DNA of 63,322 nucleotides, filler included, from Rhabdomonas costata (GCA_019059605.1; 56 parts of 56 records of this genome joined end to end with filler, not necessarily neighbours in it); one strand, 5' to 3'. Counted from the whole stretch's first letter, positions 49,742 through 62,172 are shown. The notes: generated by a model not told the origin, from the letters alone. Translations and numbers: made by a program.

Positions 49742-51214
49742 NNNNNNNNNNNNNNNNNNNNNNNNNNNNNNNNNNNNNNNNNNNNTTAATTAATTAANNN
49801 NNNNNNNNNNNNNNNNNNNNNNNNNNNNNNNNNNNNNNNNNGTTGGTGTGGGTTATCAAGGCTGCTCAACAGTTGAGAACCACTTGATAATCCACAACAG
49901 CACAGATGAGTTTTCGTGGAATTCTTGCAGTAGCAGGAGTCAGCAGAAACAAAAAAACAGGAAGAAGAAAACCCAGTTTTTGGAACAGTTCCGAAGGAAA
50001 TCGATTCGCAAACCACACAGAACCACTCATCGATTCAACGCAATTCCTCGCCAAGAGCCGCAGTAGTTTCGTGGGTGTGCTTGAAACGAGCACGGACACA
50101 GGAAATAAACAATAGTAGCAGTACGGACAGTCCAGGTACAAAGCGCCATTGCAGAACACAGCAAGAAGAAGGCAGAGATGTGGTGGGTACACAAGACCCT
50201 GGGAAGGGCGAAAAAGTGGGAGTGTAGAAGGAGAAGCTGGGGTTAAAGATTCACACAACAGCAAGGACACACCAATATCCAGGCGAAACACGAAGACTCG
50301 CAGACTGCATCGGTGGTGACCAAAGGAAGGCAGCAAGCCAAAATGAAAAAACAAGCGCGAAAAAAAAGGCAGAAAAACACACATACATAACTACACCGAA
50401 CTCAGCCCTTCCGTGCATAAAGATACATTTAAGAAGAACTTTGAGAGCCATCTCCCAAAAAAAGCTGTCGTTGACACCTTTTACAGAACAGATTTACACA
50501 CACGCGCAGACACGGACACACCTCCTCGTGAAGAGCCTGAACGCTAGCCGCAGTGGTGTCGCGGCCACATTTCACCTGAGAAATCCACCACAAGAAGCAC
50601 GCACAATGAGCGACACCACCATTTACGTACAGGTAGCATGATGGAGACGAAGTGATGCAATAACCACCGGTGTCCCGGCGCTGGTTTACATATCGACTGC
50701 ATGACTGCATAGGTCAGCATAACCACGCACGCACCACTGATCAAGTCTTCCCATTTGCAATACTGCACACGGCATAATACCCTGAAAAACTTTTCCTTGG
50801 TCCCGCAACCAAAAACTGCGTAGTGGGGGATTGATACTATAGACAACAGAGAGCCGTGCTCATCTGCAAAACCNNNNNNNNNNNNNNNNNNNNNNNNNNN
50901 NNNNNNNNNNNNNNNNNTTAATTAATTAANNNNNNNNNNNNNNNNNNNNNNNNNNNNNNNNNNNNNNNNNNNNGATGAGTGGTTGTTCGGAGCAACAGCA
51001 GTTTGGCGGAGAGCGGGGAGGAGGAGGTGGTGTACATGAGATGAAGGAAGGATTGGGAGGTTTTGGGGGAATGAAGGGAGGATTGGGAGGCAAAAAGAAA
51101 AGCGCGGCACTACCTCACCACAGTTCAATCCACCACAGTCCACCACCAAACAGTAAAACTGCCAAACATCAAACAAAATGATACCGGGGGGGGGTATAAA
51201 AAACGCCTGCCGCG

Positions 51215-51277
51215 CGCAGAACTCCTGGCTCCTGACTAGGGAGCTTTGCGCCTTAGTCAGGAGCCCGGAGTTCTGCG
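51215..51277. repeat. Internal GC-rich hairpin (about 27-bp stem, 2 mismatches)
   Basis: CGCAGAACTCCTGGCTCCTGACTAGGG pairs with CCTTAGTCAGGAGCCCGGAGTTCTGCG, about 240 bp inside the contig. Confidence 0.8.
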
Positions 51278-54200
51278 ATCTGAATGGGGTGGCGAGGGGT
51301 TACCCTCGGATCTCAACGCGTCTCCTACGACAGGCACAATTGTGAGAGTTTGGAGAGAGAATGCAAAACCTCGACAATCAAAACGTCGACAATTGAATGC
51401 GGCCCATTTCTTAGCAAAAAGTTTGGCTTCTGTTTTGTGCAAGAACCCGTGCAAAAGAAAATAGTGAGAGAGATGAGAAAGAGAGGCGCGCTTGCCCATG
51501 CTGCTCACCACACACAGCCCTCTCTCCTCCTTTTACTTGAAATGGCATCTTCGCGTGGGATCCCCGAGGGCAGAGATACAAAGACTACCCCCTGCACGCT
51601 GCACGGGTTCTCGGAACGGAACGCCACCCATTGGCACATTTTTTGTGGTGGCTGCATTGGCACATTTTTTGTGGTGGGTTAAACGGTTAAACGACGTTAC
51701 TCGAATAGGTTCAAAACTATATGCGGGTAGGCTCGGGCGCCAGGAACCTCCCCGGATGTGTTGCTTTTGGAGCGCATTTCCACGAAAACTCCTCCAGTCC
51801 CCCCCAGGCAGCGTTCCAGTCTCAGCCGCTCCGGCCACGGCGCCGGCCTTCGCTAAATTAGCTCTGTCCTGTTGTGTGGCATCGGAACCGTATTTATCGA
51901 CGCGGATCCGGTGGCCTGGACATACTTGCCTTCCTGTTCACCCACCCGCCTTCCGTATACCGTGGTGCTGCTATATTTTCTTCCCCAAGACACCCCACAC
52001 ACCCCNNNNNNNNNNNNNNNNNNNNNNNNNNNNNNNNNNNNNNNNNNNNTTAATTAATTAANNNNNNNNNNNNNNNNNNNNNNNNNNNNNNNNNNNNNNN
52101 NNNNNGGGTCGATTTTTTCACCCGGAAGGCCCCAATTTTGACCCTTACAACGTACGGGGGTTGGAAAGCTAGCAAGTTGGGAGCACACAGAAACTTTGCA
52201 ATGCCGCCCGATTTAACGCAATAAAAGAACGAAAGAGGAAACTTTGCGTGCTCGCTGACCAGGGTATTGCGACTTGAGCTACCTGGACCGTCTGCGTGGA
52301 GGTCGGTACACTGCTGTCACCAGGCTTGGGCATGGCAAGTACTCCACCGTGTGGCTGATGCACGACAGGTTGTAAGGGGGTGACCGACTTGCCTCATTTC
52401 GCTCATGTTTCGTGGTTTCCGTACAAACCAAACAAGAAAGAAAGGGACAGCAAGACATTTTTGGGAATCCCGGTCACGTGAGGGAGTGACGTGCGAAAGG
52501 TCTCCTCTTTTGTCATCCCGGCGTATTCGTCAGTTTCACCAATCGCAACTCCTTTTCTCAGAAATGGACCTTTGGGGCAATACTCGAACTTTGTCGCCGT
52601 GAAGGTGGGCCGAGTGCTGCCTTTCGATGTCCCGATGAACCTGCCGCGGGAGGCACAAATGCTTCGATACGTCAATTCACGGGTTAGAGGTCACCCCTCC
52701 CTCCCTCCCTTTTTGTGATCTTGGTAATGATAGACTGTATACTACGCTATTCTTTTGTCTGCTCTTCCTTGTCCTCAGATGACAGTCTGCGGTATCTTGG
52801 CACATTGGTTGACTCCTTCACCTTTACGAAGGCAGGAACTTCCTGTATGCATTCTCGCCGCCCTTCCCGTTTTCGTTGAAAGCTGCCTCTTTTTCGATTC
52901 AGCACTTGCTCCATTTGTTTTATTACTCAGACCCCTGCCTGGTGTTCAAAGTCCTAGGGCCCTCCCTGCTTAAGCTCGTCTACGAGCGAGCTGACGCCGT
53001 TAAACAGGGGCTTCCGCTGGACATAGGAGCGTTGCTACGGACCTTTCGTAGCATTTTGGTGTGTCGCAGTGGGGATCTCTTACTCCACTCACCTCACCTC
53101 CACCCCCACCCCCACCCCACCAAACACCACCCAACACNNNNNNNNNNNNNNNNNNNNNNNNNNNNNNNNNNNNNNNNNNNNTTAATTAATTAANNNNNNN
53201 NNNNNNNNNNNNNNNNNNNNNNNNNNNNNNNNNNNNNGGGTTGGTGTGCACCAGCGCAATCAACAGTGCCAGATTGTCAAGCATCGCCAGCGTGAAGTGA
53301 AGACCCGCTTTGAACTTCACGGTGGCGTCAAAATTGCCTTCAAGGCACTGGCGGAGATAAGTGCAGTCCTCCTACTGTGGAATGCGAATGCACTGTTCTC
53401 CACTTTGGAGGAGGCATACGAGCCCTGCGTGCTCCACCTTGGTCTCCAGCAACGCTATGACAACAAAGTCGCTGTAGCGGCCAACCTTGGCACAAAAGAC
53501 CTTATTGCTACAAGCAGTGAAGCCATCTGGTTGGGGAATTTCAGGTACAGATCCAGACAATGGCGCTCAAAAACCTCGCGCACGCAGACCGAGGCAAGTA
53601 GAAAGGTCCAGAAAGGCATCCACTTGAACGGTCAGCTCACGTAGTGTGGACAGTGCAAAGTAACAAGAGGTTGTGGACAGTATGTCAGTAAGCGCCCGCA
53701 TCGCAAAGGCGGCTGGAACGCGGCCACCTTGAGGGCGCTTCAAAAGGTCCACCTTCAGGCAGATCCTGGTGACTCCATCCAGATCCGCATCTTGTAGATC
53801 CTTCCAAGAGTTGGAGGATCTCACATTCCGTAAGGACGGTATATGGGACATATAAACAGAACTACTAACACATTCAAGGCCAGAGCCCGCAGAAGATGAA
53901 TAGGTGTCTCCTATCAGCGCGTGGGAGGTACTTTAGTCTCCAAAGCCAGATAGTGGAGCAGCGTCGTCACCGCCTAGAAGTCCACCACCGAAGAGATCCA
54001 CAAAATGAAGCAGCCCACATGCACTGATGAAGGAGTGTGCCTGCGCAGCAGAAAAGGAAGCCCATTAGTAGGCATCATACATCACGCTTCGAGGAACCGT
54101 GAAGGCCACCAGCACGTCCTTAACATCATGGTGCGAGCTCGTGATCCACACGATCCTGCAAGATGTTCAGGTGCTCGTGAAACATCACCAGTGGCAATGG

Positions 54201-54369
54201 CTGGTAGGCTTTGCACACCGTAAATTGGTGGCAATCTTCCATAGATCCGCAAACCAACCACCCCACACANNNNNNNNNNNNNNNNNNNNNNNNNNNNNNN
54301 NNNNNNNNNNNNNTTAATTAATTAANNNNNNNNNNNNNNNNNNNNNNNNNNNNNNNNNNNNNNNNNNNN

Positions 54370-55170
54370 GTTGTTGGTGAGGACGAGCTCTTGGAGGTTT
54401 GTGCTTGGGTCCCCCCTGTAGACATGCTGGGGTGGGTTTGCGTCGCTCTGGCCATTCGGGTAGCGCTGGAATGCTTTGCTCAGCGTTGCTTTGGTTGCCA
54501 TGCCTCTTTTGTATACTTGGATGCTGGATGCTTCTATGATGCCGAGCATCTGCTTCTGGAGCATGTTAAAGGTCATGTCAGAATTCCTCCGCATTAGGCT
54601 ACCAGGCGTCCAGTTACGCGAAGTACTGGTGCGCACAAAGAAGATGGTAAGGCAGCAACTTTCTCTGCTGCCATATGCTGATGAAGTTGGTAAGTCTGCA
54701 ACTGACAGAAGAGTGAAACCTGGAACTGCAGAGGGCTGTCCAAGATTCTGTTTTGACTTCAGGACGATGACTTTGACGATGACCAGGCTCCTCACAGAAA
54801 GGTATATATGATCCCGGGTGTAACCTCTGGGGCACTTATCTTCTTTGGCTGGTACTGCAGAGGGCCTGAACTCCAAACAGAGGTGTAAGCGAACGAACGA
54901 GCTAACGAACGAAAGGAATTCCCTTCCTTTCGTTCCCTGTTTCCAATCTGGTTTTAAGCCCAGTCCTCTGGTCAAAGAGAGGGTGACCCTCCCAAAACTA
55001 TGGCAGCAGATTGACTTTAGTTTACCTTTCGTCGCTTTTCTCACACGTCTGCCTGCCTCCGCGCGGGTCTTTTTTCGGGATGCTTCCTGAAAAACGGCAT
55101 GGCATAAGTACTGATGTGACAGATCCCTCGAGAATTGTAGTGGGACAGAATTGTTGCTATGCTCATTCTT
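54370..55170 (-). mobile_element. Decayed APE-type endonuclease region of a non-LTR retrotransposon
   Basis: Minus strand MSIATILSHYNSRG (about i.swNvrG), frameshifted AVFQEA (about LQET), and later CPRGYTRDHIYLS (about T...s.lDhi.vs) within ORF 54322-55044. Confidence 0.45.
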
Positions 55171-55759
55171 CTTCTGAGCAGTCGTTGCTGTAACATCCCG
55201 GAATCAAATCGTCTGTGCGTGCGTGCGTCTTTGCATTCCGCTCTCTGCAGCCTCCCTCAGGGGATGCTCCGGGGCCGATCCCTGAAAACCCCAAGCCGCC
55301 GCTTCCACCCTCCGCCCCGCCGTTGATGCCTCCACTGCCTCCACTGCCTCCACCTCCACTTCCTCCTTCGCCCTCTTTCCGTCCGCAACCCGAGGCCCCC
55401 CNNNNNNNNNNNNNNNNNNNNNNNNNNNNNNNNNNNNNNNNNNNNTTAATTAATTAANNNNNNNNNNNNNNNNNNNNNNNNNNNNNNNNNNNNNNNNNNN
55501 NCCTACCAAGATGTTTTCCCGGAGAACTGCCAAAACTCGCATCATATTCAACAAAAAACACTACGAATCTCCATCTACCTCAATGGTCGCAGGTCTCCGC
55601 CTGAAAATCACGTACTTACTGAGTGTAATCATTTTTCAATCCCCCCCCATATCGCCTTTTTGCCAAGTGGGTCGCCTTAGGGGGGCCCTTTTCTTCGTGT
55701 TTTTTTTTGTTGTCTCATCCTCCACGTACCCCTCTGCACCCGTGCCTCATGACCTCTTC

Positions 55760-56470
55760 GCCCCAACCTTCAGCTGCCCCTTCAGCTGCTGTGCGTGCCC
55801 CCAAGGATGGTGCTCCCTACCCTCACTCACATGGAACGTGCACACCTTCAATCGGGGTCAACACTTCTGCTGAGTGGCTGCGCGATCTGCGTCGATGGGT
55901 GTGCGAGCGGTGCAGCCGGCTCATTCCACCGGGTCGCCAGTGCCGTGGCTGTGGTCTTTGCAATCCTTCTAATTCTCAGTCGAGGAAGTGTGCTCGAGCT
56001 GATTCGCCCTTTCTTGAGGCGCTCGCTGCTCTAGACAGTCACTTTCGCAGCATTGACTCGGCACCCTCGTCGGCAGCCTGTGAACTCGTCCGTGATGCCC
56101 CTTGGCTGTCGGACATTGTGTCATATTCCAAACTGAGCCCGCATCCCTTGTGCGGAAGCGTTCACTGCTGCTAACGAAGCATTCCTTCGGTCCCCTGACC
56201 AATCTTCTGCGTTTGTTGTCATGGCCTTCGCCAAGCTAGTGCTTCACCTGTCCCTGGACAAATACCCCAGTGCACATCATCGCCCAGTGATGAGAAAACC
56301 TTCCCCACCAGTTCCGCGGCTGGTGCAAAGCATGGGCTCAGGGGCTTCACCACGAAGCGGCCCCAAATCACCCGCAACTCGCGCAGCGTTGGCGACAGCC
56401 GCTGCAGAGCCCGCAGCAGCTCTGGCCGCTGGCACAGCGCTTGCAGGCCCACCGCCACCGAGTGCTCCGC
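55760..56470 (+). mobile_element. CRE/SLACS-clade-like non-LTR retrotransposon remnant (N-terminal zinc fingers and pre-RT region)
   Basis: Across frameshifts: CPFSCCACPQGWCSLPSLTWNVHTFNRGQH, AEWLRDLRRWVCERCSRLIPPGRQCRGC, HIPS, MAFAKLVL, KAWAQG, RCRARSSSGRWHSACR. This is the order seen before the RT in CRE-type ORFs. Confidence 0.55.
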
Positions 56471-57099
56471 CGTAAGTTGGTCTGTTCTAGGCTACATAGC
56501 CGGTCAGATTACCTTGCTCACACCCCCCCCACNNNNNNNNNNNNNNNNNNNNNNNNNNNNNNNNNNNNNNNNNNNNTTAATTAATTAANNNNNNNNNNNN
56601 NNNNNNNNNNNNNNNNNNNNNNNNNNNNNNNNGGGGTGGTGTGTCAGCTGAAACAGCGCAGACTCAGAAATAAAGTCCAGTGCCAGCGAACTTAGTCCAA
56701 AGGGCAGAGCTGGCAGCCCAAAGCTGTGCGTCAAAATCTGAAAACACACGGAGGACGAGTGAATTTTCATTCCCACACAAACAATGAAATTACAGCGTAC
56801 CCTTCAAAATAATGTATGCATGTAAAGCATTACAACAGAGAGCTGCAGAAGCGAAGTACAACCCGCTGGGTCCCGATGCACAGGAACGCGAGGGCTAGGA
56901 ATTGACTCGTCTTGTCGAAAATGAGACCCAGACAAAAGCATAAGGAAAACCCATAATGAGCTGCTGGCCAGCAGCGCTGTTTTACACCACCTATTTGCTA
57001 TAAACCAAAATCATTCTTCGAAGTGGCGCAGGGAATATCTGAGTCGTCGGTTCACCGAAAAAGGGAGAGGATAAGAAAGGGGACGAGGGGGGGGGATTA

Positions 57100-57241
57100 C
57101 CCCGCAGGCCGGCAGGCACGGACCCCCCTGGCGGCGCAGCTCCTCGGAGCAGCTCCACAAGGTGACTCCCCGCAGTAGGCTGAGGTAAAGGCCCAGCACC
57201 TGTAGCCGAAGTGTCTCTTCGGCGCGGTCCAGCCGGTGCTT
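57100..57241 (-). CDS. Hypothetical protein internal exon
   Basis: A long T-tract ending ttccag| precedes KHRLDRAEETLRLQVLGLYLSLLRGVTLWSCSEELRRQGGPCLPACG, which ends at |gtaatc. No family recognised. Confidence 0.4.
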
Positions 57242-58943
57242 CTGGAAAAAAAAAAAGGGAGAGGGAGCACGGGCAGCTTCTTACCCTCCAGCCTGGGCAC
57301 CTATCCGGAGGAGTGGGGTAGCGTAGCAAAGAGAGGAGGAGAGAGGAGAGGGAGGGGGCGTTGGGAGGAAAGCGTTGTAGCGTTGACCCTTCGCCGAAAC
57401 AAACAAAGAATGCAAAAACGGGGGACAGAGAACGCAATCAGAGAGAGAGATAGAGAGCTGGTTCGTTACATATGCATTGCACGTGCAGCAGTATGCTTCA
57501 GCTTAGGATGATAACTTCCAGGACCAGCTAAAGATGTGTATGCACTCCACTCCAATTCGTCACAACATCGGCATCTCAGCTGACTGCCCGAACACTTGGA
57601 CCACGTCGGAGGTACACGGGGTAGAAGGCCCCAATAAACAACCCAAACGACCCACACCCACCACNNNNNNNNNNNNNNNNNNNNNNNNNNNNNNNNNNNN
57701 NNNNNNNNTTAATTAATTAANNNNNNNNNNNNNNNNNNNNNNNNNNNNNNNNNNNNNNNNNNNNTTGGTTGTGCTGTCCATGTAGACCTTTTTGGTCTTC
57801 TGCAAAAATGTATCTAAAGAAAGATGTGACGGGCGGCTGGTGGAGGGAAAGCAGGCACACGTGCTCAACGTGTTCAGTTGCAGCTCTGCTCTCTATTGTA
57901 CAAGCAAAAACAGAGGAAAAGCCAATAGGATATCCCAAGCCGAGGTACCAACTCATAAAAAAGAGCACACCGAACTTGATAAACGCATACGGCCGTTCAC
58001 AGCGGGTAACCTCTGAGCCGTACAGGTGCTGAAACTCACGGTTCAAATCTTCCAGAAAGCTGCACAAGGACAACACCAGGAAACCACCCAAAACAATTTA
58101 CCAAAGGAGCATTTTGAGTGAGTCACAAAACAACTAGTAACCTGAAGGCGAGATATGCGGGCGTTCGAGTCGGGCAAATGGTCAGAAAGCACACCCCGGT
58201 TTCCGTCAAAAGGCTGTGAACATCGTAAATGCAAACATATCAAGCGTAACGGTTGGCAGTATGCCAGACACTCGGTGGAATAGCGAACTCATACTGAAAT
58301 GAAAAATCGCCACTCTCGATGGATAGCAGGCGAGGTGGTGGATGCAAGCTGAGTTCTTTGAAAATATTGCGAGCCTGAAAATGAACCCACCGCCACAAAA
58401 ATCTTGCTGAAAATCCGATCCACTCAAAACCTCAGCATAACGCAGGAAAAGAAACCTGCAACTTGAATTTGTCAGGGTCCGAAAAACTTGAATCAGTTGT
58501 GTTGTCCATGGATGCAGCCTGAAAAACGGATGCGCGAAGGTTAGAGGAACGGGTAGGGCATCCTAAATTTCCAGCTTAGGATCCTTAGCAAAAACTCCCG
58601 CCGAAAAATAGCTCCGACGGCCTTGGGGCTGCCTATACAGCGTTTGCTGCTGTTGTCTGCAAACTGCTTTTTCTTGTGCCGTCTTATTATTGAGGTACGG
58701 TGATGCTCTCGTTTTTCCGCTGCAGCTCGTCACCCAAAGACAACACTACCTCATTTGACCCAAGTTCACTCCCGAGGCTAAAATAACACAAAACNNNNNN
58801 NNNNNNNNNNNNNNNNNNNNNNNNNNNNNNNNNNNNNNTTAATTAATTAANNNNNNNNNNNNNNNNNNNNNNNNNNNNNNNNNNNNNNNNNNNNTGTTGG
58901 GTGGTGTGAACACAAAGGAAATGCAGTGTGAGGGATTGTGGAG

Positions 58944-59319
58944 GCGTGACCTTGCACCTTACATTGAAGGGACTGCGAGTTGATGATAAGGGGTGGTAAG
59001 GGGAGAGCATAAGGTAAGGTGAGGGAAGGAGTGAAAGATTGGATGGAGGTTTAAGTCCGTGCCACAAAAGAGCAGAAACGAGTAAGAGATGTAAAAGGCC
59101 AGCCAGGCCATGCGAAGACGGCAAAGGGCACGCAGCACTTGCCTGCAGCAGCGGGATGTAGTTGGCCTTTTACATCCCTTACTCGTTTCTGCATTGTGTG
59201 GCACGGACTTAAACCTCCATCCTTTCTTTCACTCCTTCCCTCACCTTACCTTATGCTCTCCCCTTACCACCCCTTTTCATCAACTCGCAGTCCCTTCAAT
59301 GTAAGGTGTAAGGTCACGC
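58944..59319. repeat. Long imperfect inverted repeat (about 157-bp arms, about 60-nt spacer)
   Basis: 58944-59101 is the reverse complement of 59163-59319 with several substitutions. Confidence 0.9.
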
Positions 59320-59696
59320 GATTTCCTTTGTGTTCACCCCGCACACACACGGTCACCTCGCAATTTGCATTGCATACAGAAGACCCCTGGCATGCTCCGC
59401 TGTGCCTCATATGCTTTGTGTTTCTGTCGGACCTTCACTGAACTGTCATATAAAAGTAGTGGTGAGTGTATGTATTTCAAAAAAAAAATCACCCCTCTCG
59501 TACCACCCCGACCTCGGCACTGCCACTCCTTCTATCCTTCTATTGTCCTTCTGTCCTGTTCTTCTTTGTCCTATTACAATGCAGATGCAGGTTGTCTGAC
59601 TTCAGGCGGTCTACTTGGGTTGGGTTATTGTTGAACAGAGGAAATTTTCAACACCCCAATTCTCCAAATCGGACGACGTTGTTGCATTCCTTGCAG

Positions 59697-59876
59697 ATCG
59701 CGAAGAGAGCCGGGGTCACGGTGGAGGTGGTCCCCGACGAGCCCTCCGGGGGAATCAGCGTGTCTGCCCTTGAGAAGGCCATTCAGGCCTCCGGAAAGCC
59801 CCCAGTGCGGCTGATCGTATTGACCCATGTGCCCAGCCACAGCGGGGTGGTCAACCCCGCGGCTGCCGTCGGCGCG
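59697..59876 (+). CDS. Class V PLP-dependent aminotransferase / cysteine desulfurase-like enzyme exon
   Basis: 180-nt phase-0 exon (ttgcag|ATC...GCG|gttgct) IAKRAGVTVEVVPDEPSGGISVSALEKAIQASGKPPVRLIVLTHVPSHSGVVNPAAAVGA, with the v.li.lTHvp...G.vnP...iG motif. Confidence 0.85.
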
Positions 59877-60558
59877 GTTGCTTTTTGTCCTCATGCTTCA
59901 CGCCCCCCCCCCCCCCAAACACACCANNNNNNNNNNNNNNNNNNNNNNNNNNNNNNNNNNNNNNNNNNNNTTAATTAATTAANNNNNNNNNNNNNNNNNN
60001 NNNNNNNNNNNNNNNNNNNNNNNNNNGCGGGGCACGTGATTGTGCTGTCGTTGTGGTGATGGAGCGGAGACGGTGCCATCGACAACAACCACTAGGGCTT
60101 CCCTCCTCCCAGCTGCGAGGCCTTGCGCTCTTCCGTGTACCATTCGCATATTGGCCAAGGGCGGCAAAGTCTCGAAATAGTCCGACAGTCGGAGCTACTT
60201 TGTTTTGATCATTAGCGCCTATCTGTCTGTGCTCTAATCTTTTTGTTGTCGCGTGTGTGTGGGTTCTTATGACACCAAAAACACTGCCACAGCTGGCGAT
60301 ATTCGTTCGCAGAGAATTATGCGACGCGTCGCAGAGCGTAACGCAGAGGATGTTGTTCAATGCTTTACGAAGTCGTAGCTAGACATGAGGGTTTTGAGGG
60401 CGATTTACTCGCCTGGAGTTTTCTGCGTCTTTGGGGCCAGAGCTTCCGGTGATCTGGGGGCATAAAAGGATTTCGGGACACTCACAGGAAATCGGGCTAA
60501 CTTTAAAGCCTCGCTTTGTTTTTTTACGTACCCGTCCAATGACGGAGGGCCCCCAAGA

Positions 60559-61058
60559 ATGGCTGCGTTCCCACCGATTCCCATGGGCCGCGTTGCCACC
60601 GACTTTTTTCTCGTGCTCGTGCTTCTCCCGGCGGTGAATGTCGTGGCGGCGGCTCCCGAGCTGGTCCCGCCTGAGTTCGGCAGAGTCGCCGTCTACCTCC
60701 CTGGGCCTCCGCGCAGCTTGGCCCGCACCGTGTGCAGCCTTCGGGCGCACGTGGTGCAGCCCCTGCTTGCCGAGGGCTTCACAGTTGTGCTGTTTGTAGT
60801 GCCGGACAGGGACCGGTGGGCCACGGGCGGGGCACTGCGGCCGCTCCTCCGAGAGGTGGGCGGGCTGCACGGAGTGACGGTTAGGGTGCACCAGTGGGGG
60901 AAGAACTCTGGAGGGGTGCCCCCTAGCCCTCCGCTGGGATGTGTGCAAGGGCTGCGGCGGAGGTTTCAGCCCTCCACCTTGGCAGCGTTCGGCCAGGTGA
61001 GGGAAGGGGACGGGGGTGGGAATGTTCGATTTGCTCAAGACTGTTTCCACAAAAACAC
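60559..61058 (+). CDS. Signal-peptide protein with putative glycosyltransferase-like domain (partial)
   Basis: Hydrophobic leader FFLVLVLLPAVNVVAAA, then RVAVYLPGPPRSLARTVCSLRAHVVQPLLAEGFTVVLFV, resembling the rvAvc.sG..Rs N-terminal motif of uncharacterised GT-like families. GC3-rich. Confidence 0.55.
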
Positions 61059-61158
61059 NNNNNNNNNNNNNNNNNNNNNNNNNNNNNNNNNNNNNNNNNN
61101 NNTTAATTAATTAANNNNNNNNNNNNNNNNNNNNNNNNNNNNNNNNNNNNNNNNNNNN

Positions 61159-62172
61159 GTTGTGGGGGGACAGCACTGAGCTTTGCCGAAGGGTCGGGAA
61201 CGTGGCGAAAGCCAGCGGGGGCGAGATCTACAGGGGCGTTGCCTTGCGCATCCACCACATCGGCGGACACTCCGGCGTTGAGCAGCAAGTTCAGAATTTT
61301 ACCCTGGAATAAACGCACCTCAGGGTGCACACAACACTTTTCAATTGTCTCTGTTGTTCATCAATTGTAAGCAACCAAGGATCTGCCCACGTCGTCCAAG
61401 CTGAAGCAGCGGTGCTAAAATCGGTGTGGGTTGACCAAGACTTCAATTTGTTTTCAGCTTTTGCTGCCACCAGATTCTTGTCATTCAAACACAAATTCGG
61501 GATCGGACGAACGCTCACAACCAGACAAATTCACAGCCCGTAACACACTGCCAAAACGCCGAGGCAGATAGTTTCATGAACAAACTTCAGGGACCGGACC
61601 TGCACCCCGGCAAGCACGAGCAGAAGGGCGCGCGAGACAGGCTCGTCAGTCCAGTAGAAAGAAAAAAGCCCACGCGCTGCCCAAGGAAGAAGGACGTCTG
61701 AATGCGGCATCAAAACATTTACGAAAAGGTGCGCCTTTTATTTGGTTTATTCATCAGTCGATCTGTTCAAAATGAACGCACCAAGAGCATCTGTCTGTCG
61801 GCGTTGCAAAGTATGGGGAATTTCCCAGAGTTCAAGGGAAAGGGGATCCCGAAAAAAATCCTGAAATTTTCATTTAAAAAATCGTTTGACGCAAAGGCAA
61901 ACCGAAAGCTCATTACTGCACTTTAACCGCCCCTGAGCTTTCGGAGAAGAGCGATTTTAGGATTTTAGGGGTAAATCTAGTCGCTGCAGTGCGGCGCGTT
62001 CTCCTGGGGCATGTATTTGCCTGGATTACGGCAGTTATGCGCATAGATGCTAGATGCCTCAAGCAGACAGAAAAAAGAGGTGGTAACCTGAGCGTACTCG
62101 TAAGCCCAGAATACCGCTCCACGGCCATCGGATGAACGCAGGTGGATCCACTTGGGGTTTTGGCTGTACATC
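61159..62172 (-). CDS. Ankyrin-like repeat domain, two exons (partial)
   Basis: Exon 62088-62172 MYSQNPKWIHLRSSDGRGAVFWAYEYAQ, 784-nt GT-AG intron, exon 61159-61303 GKILNLLLNAGVSADVVDAQGNAPVDLAP. Ankyrin pattern LL..Gv..d..D..G..P.dlA. Confidence 0.75.

Noticed and set aside
53238..54269. Possible further decayed retroelement on the minus strand
   Set aside because: Coding-like composition, but I could not identify any ordered diagnostic motifs.
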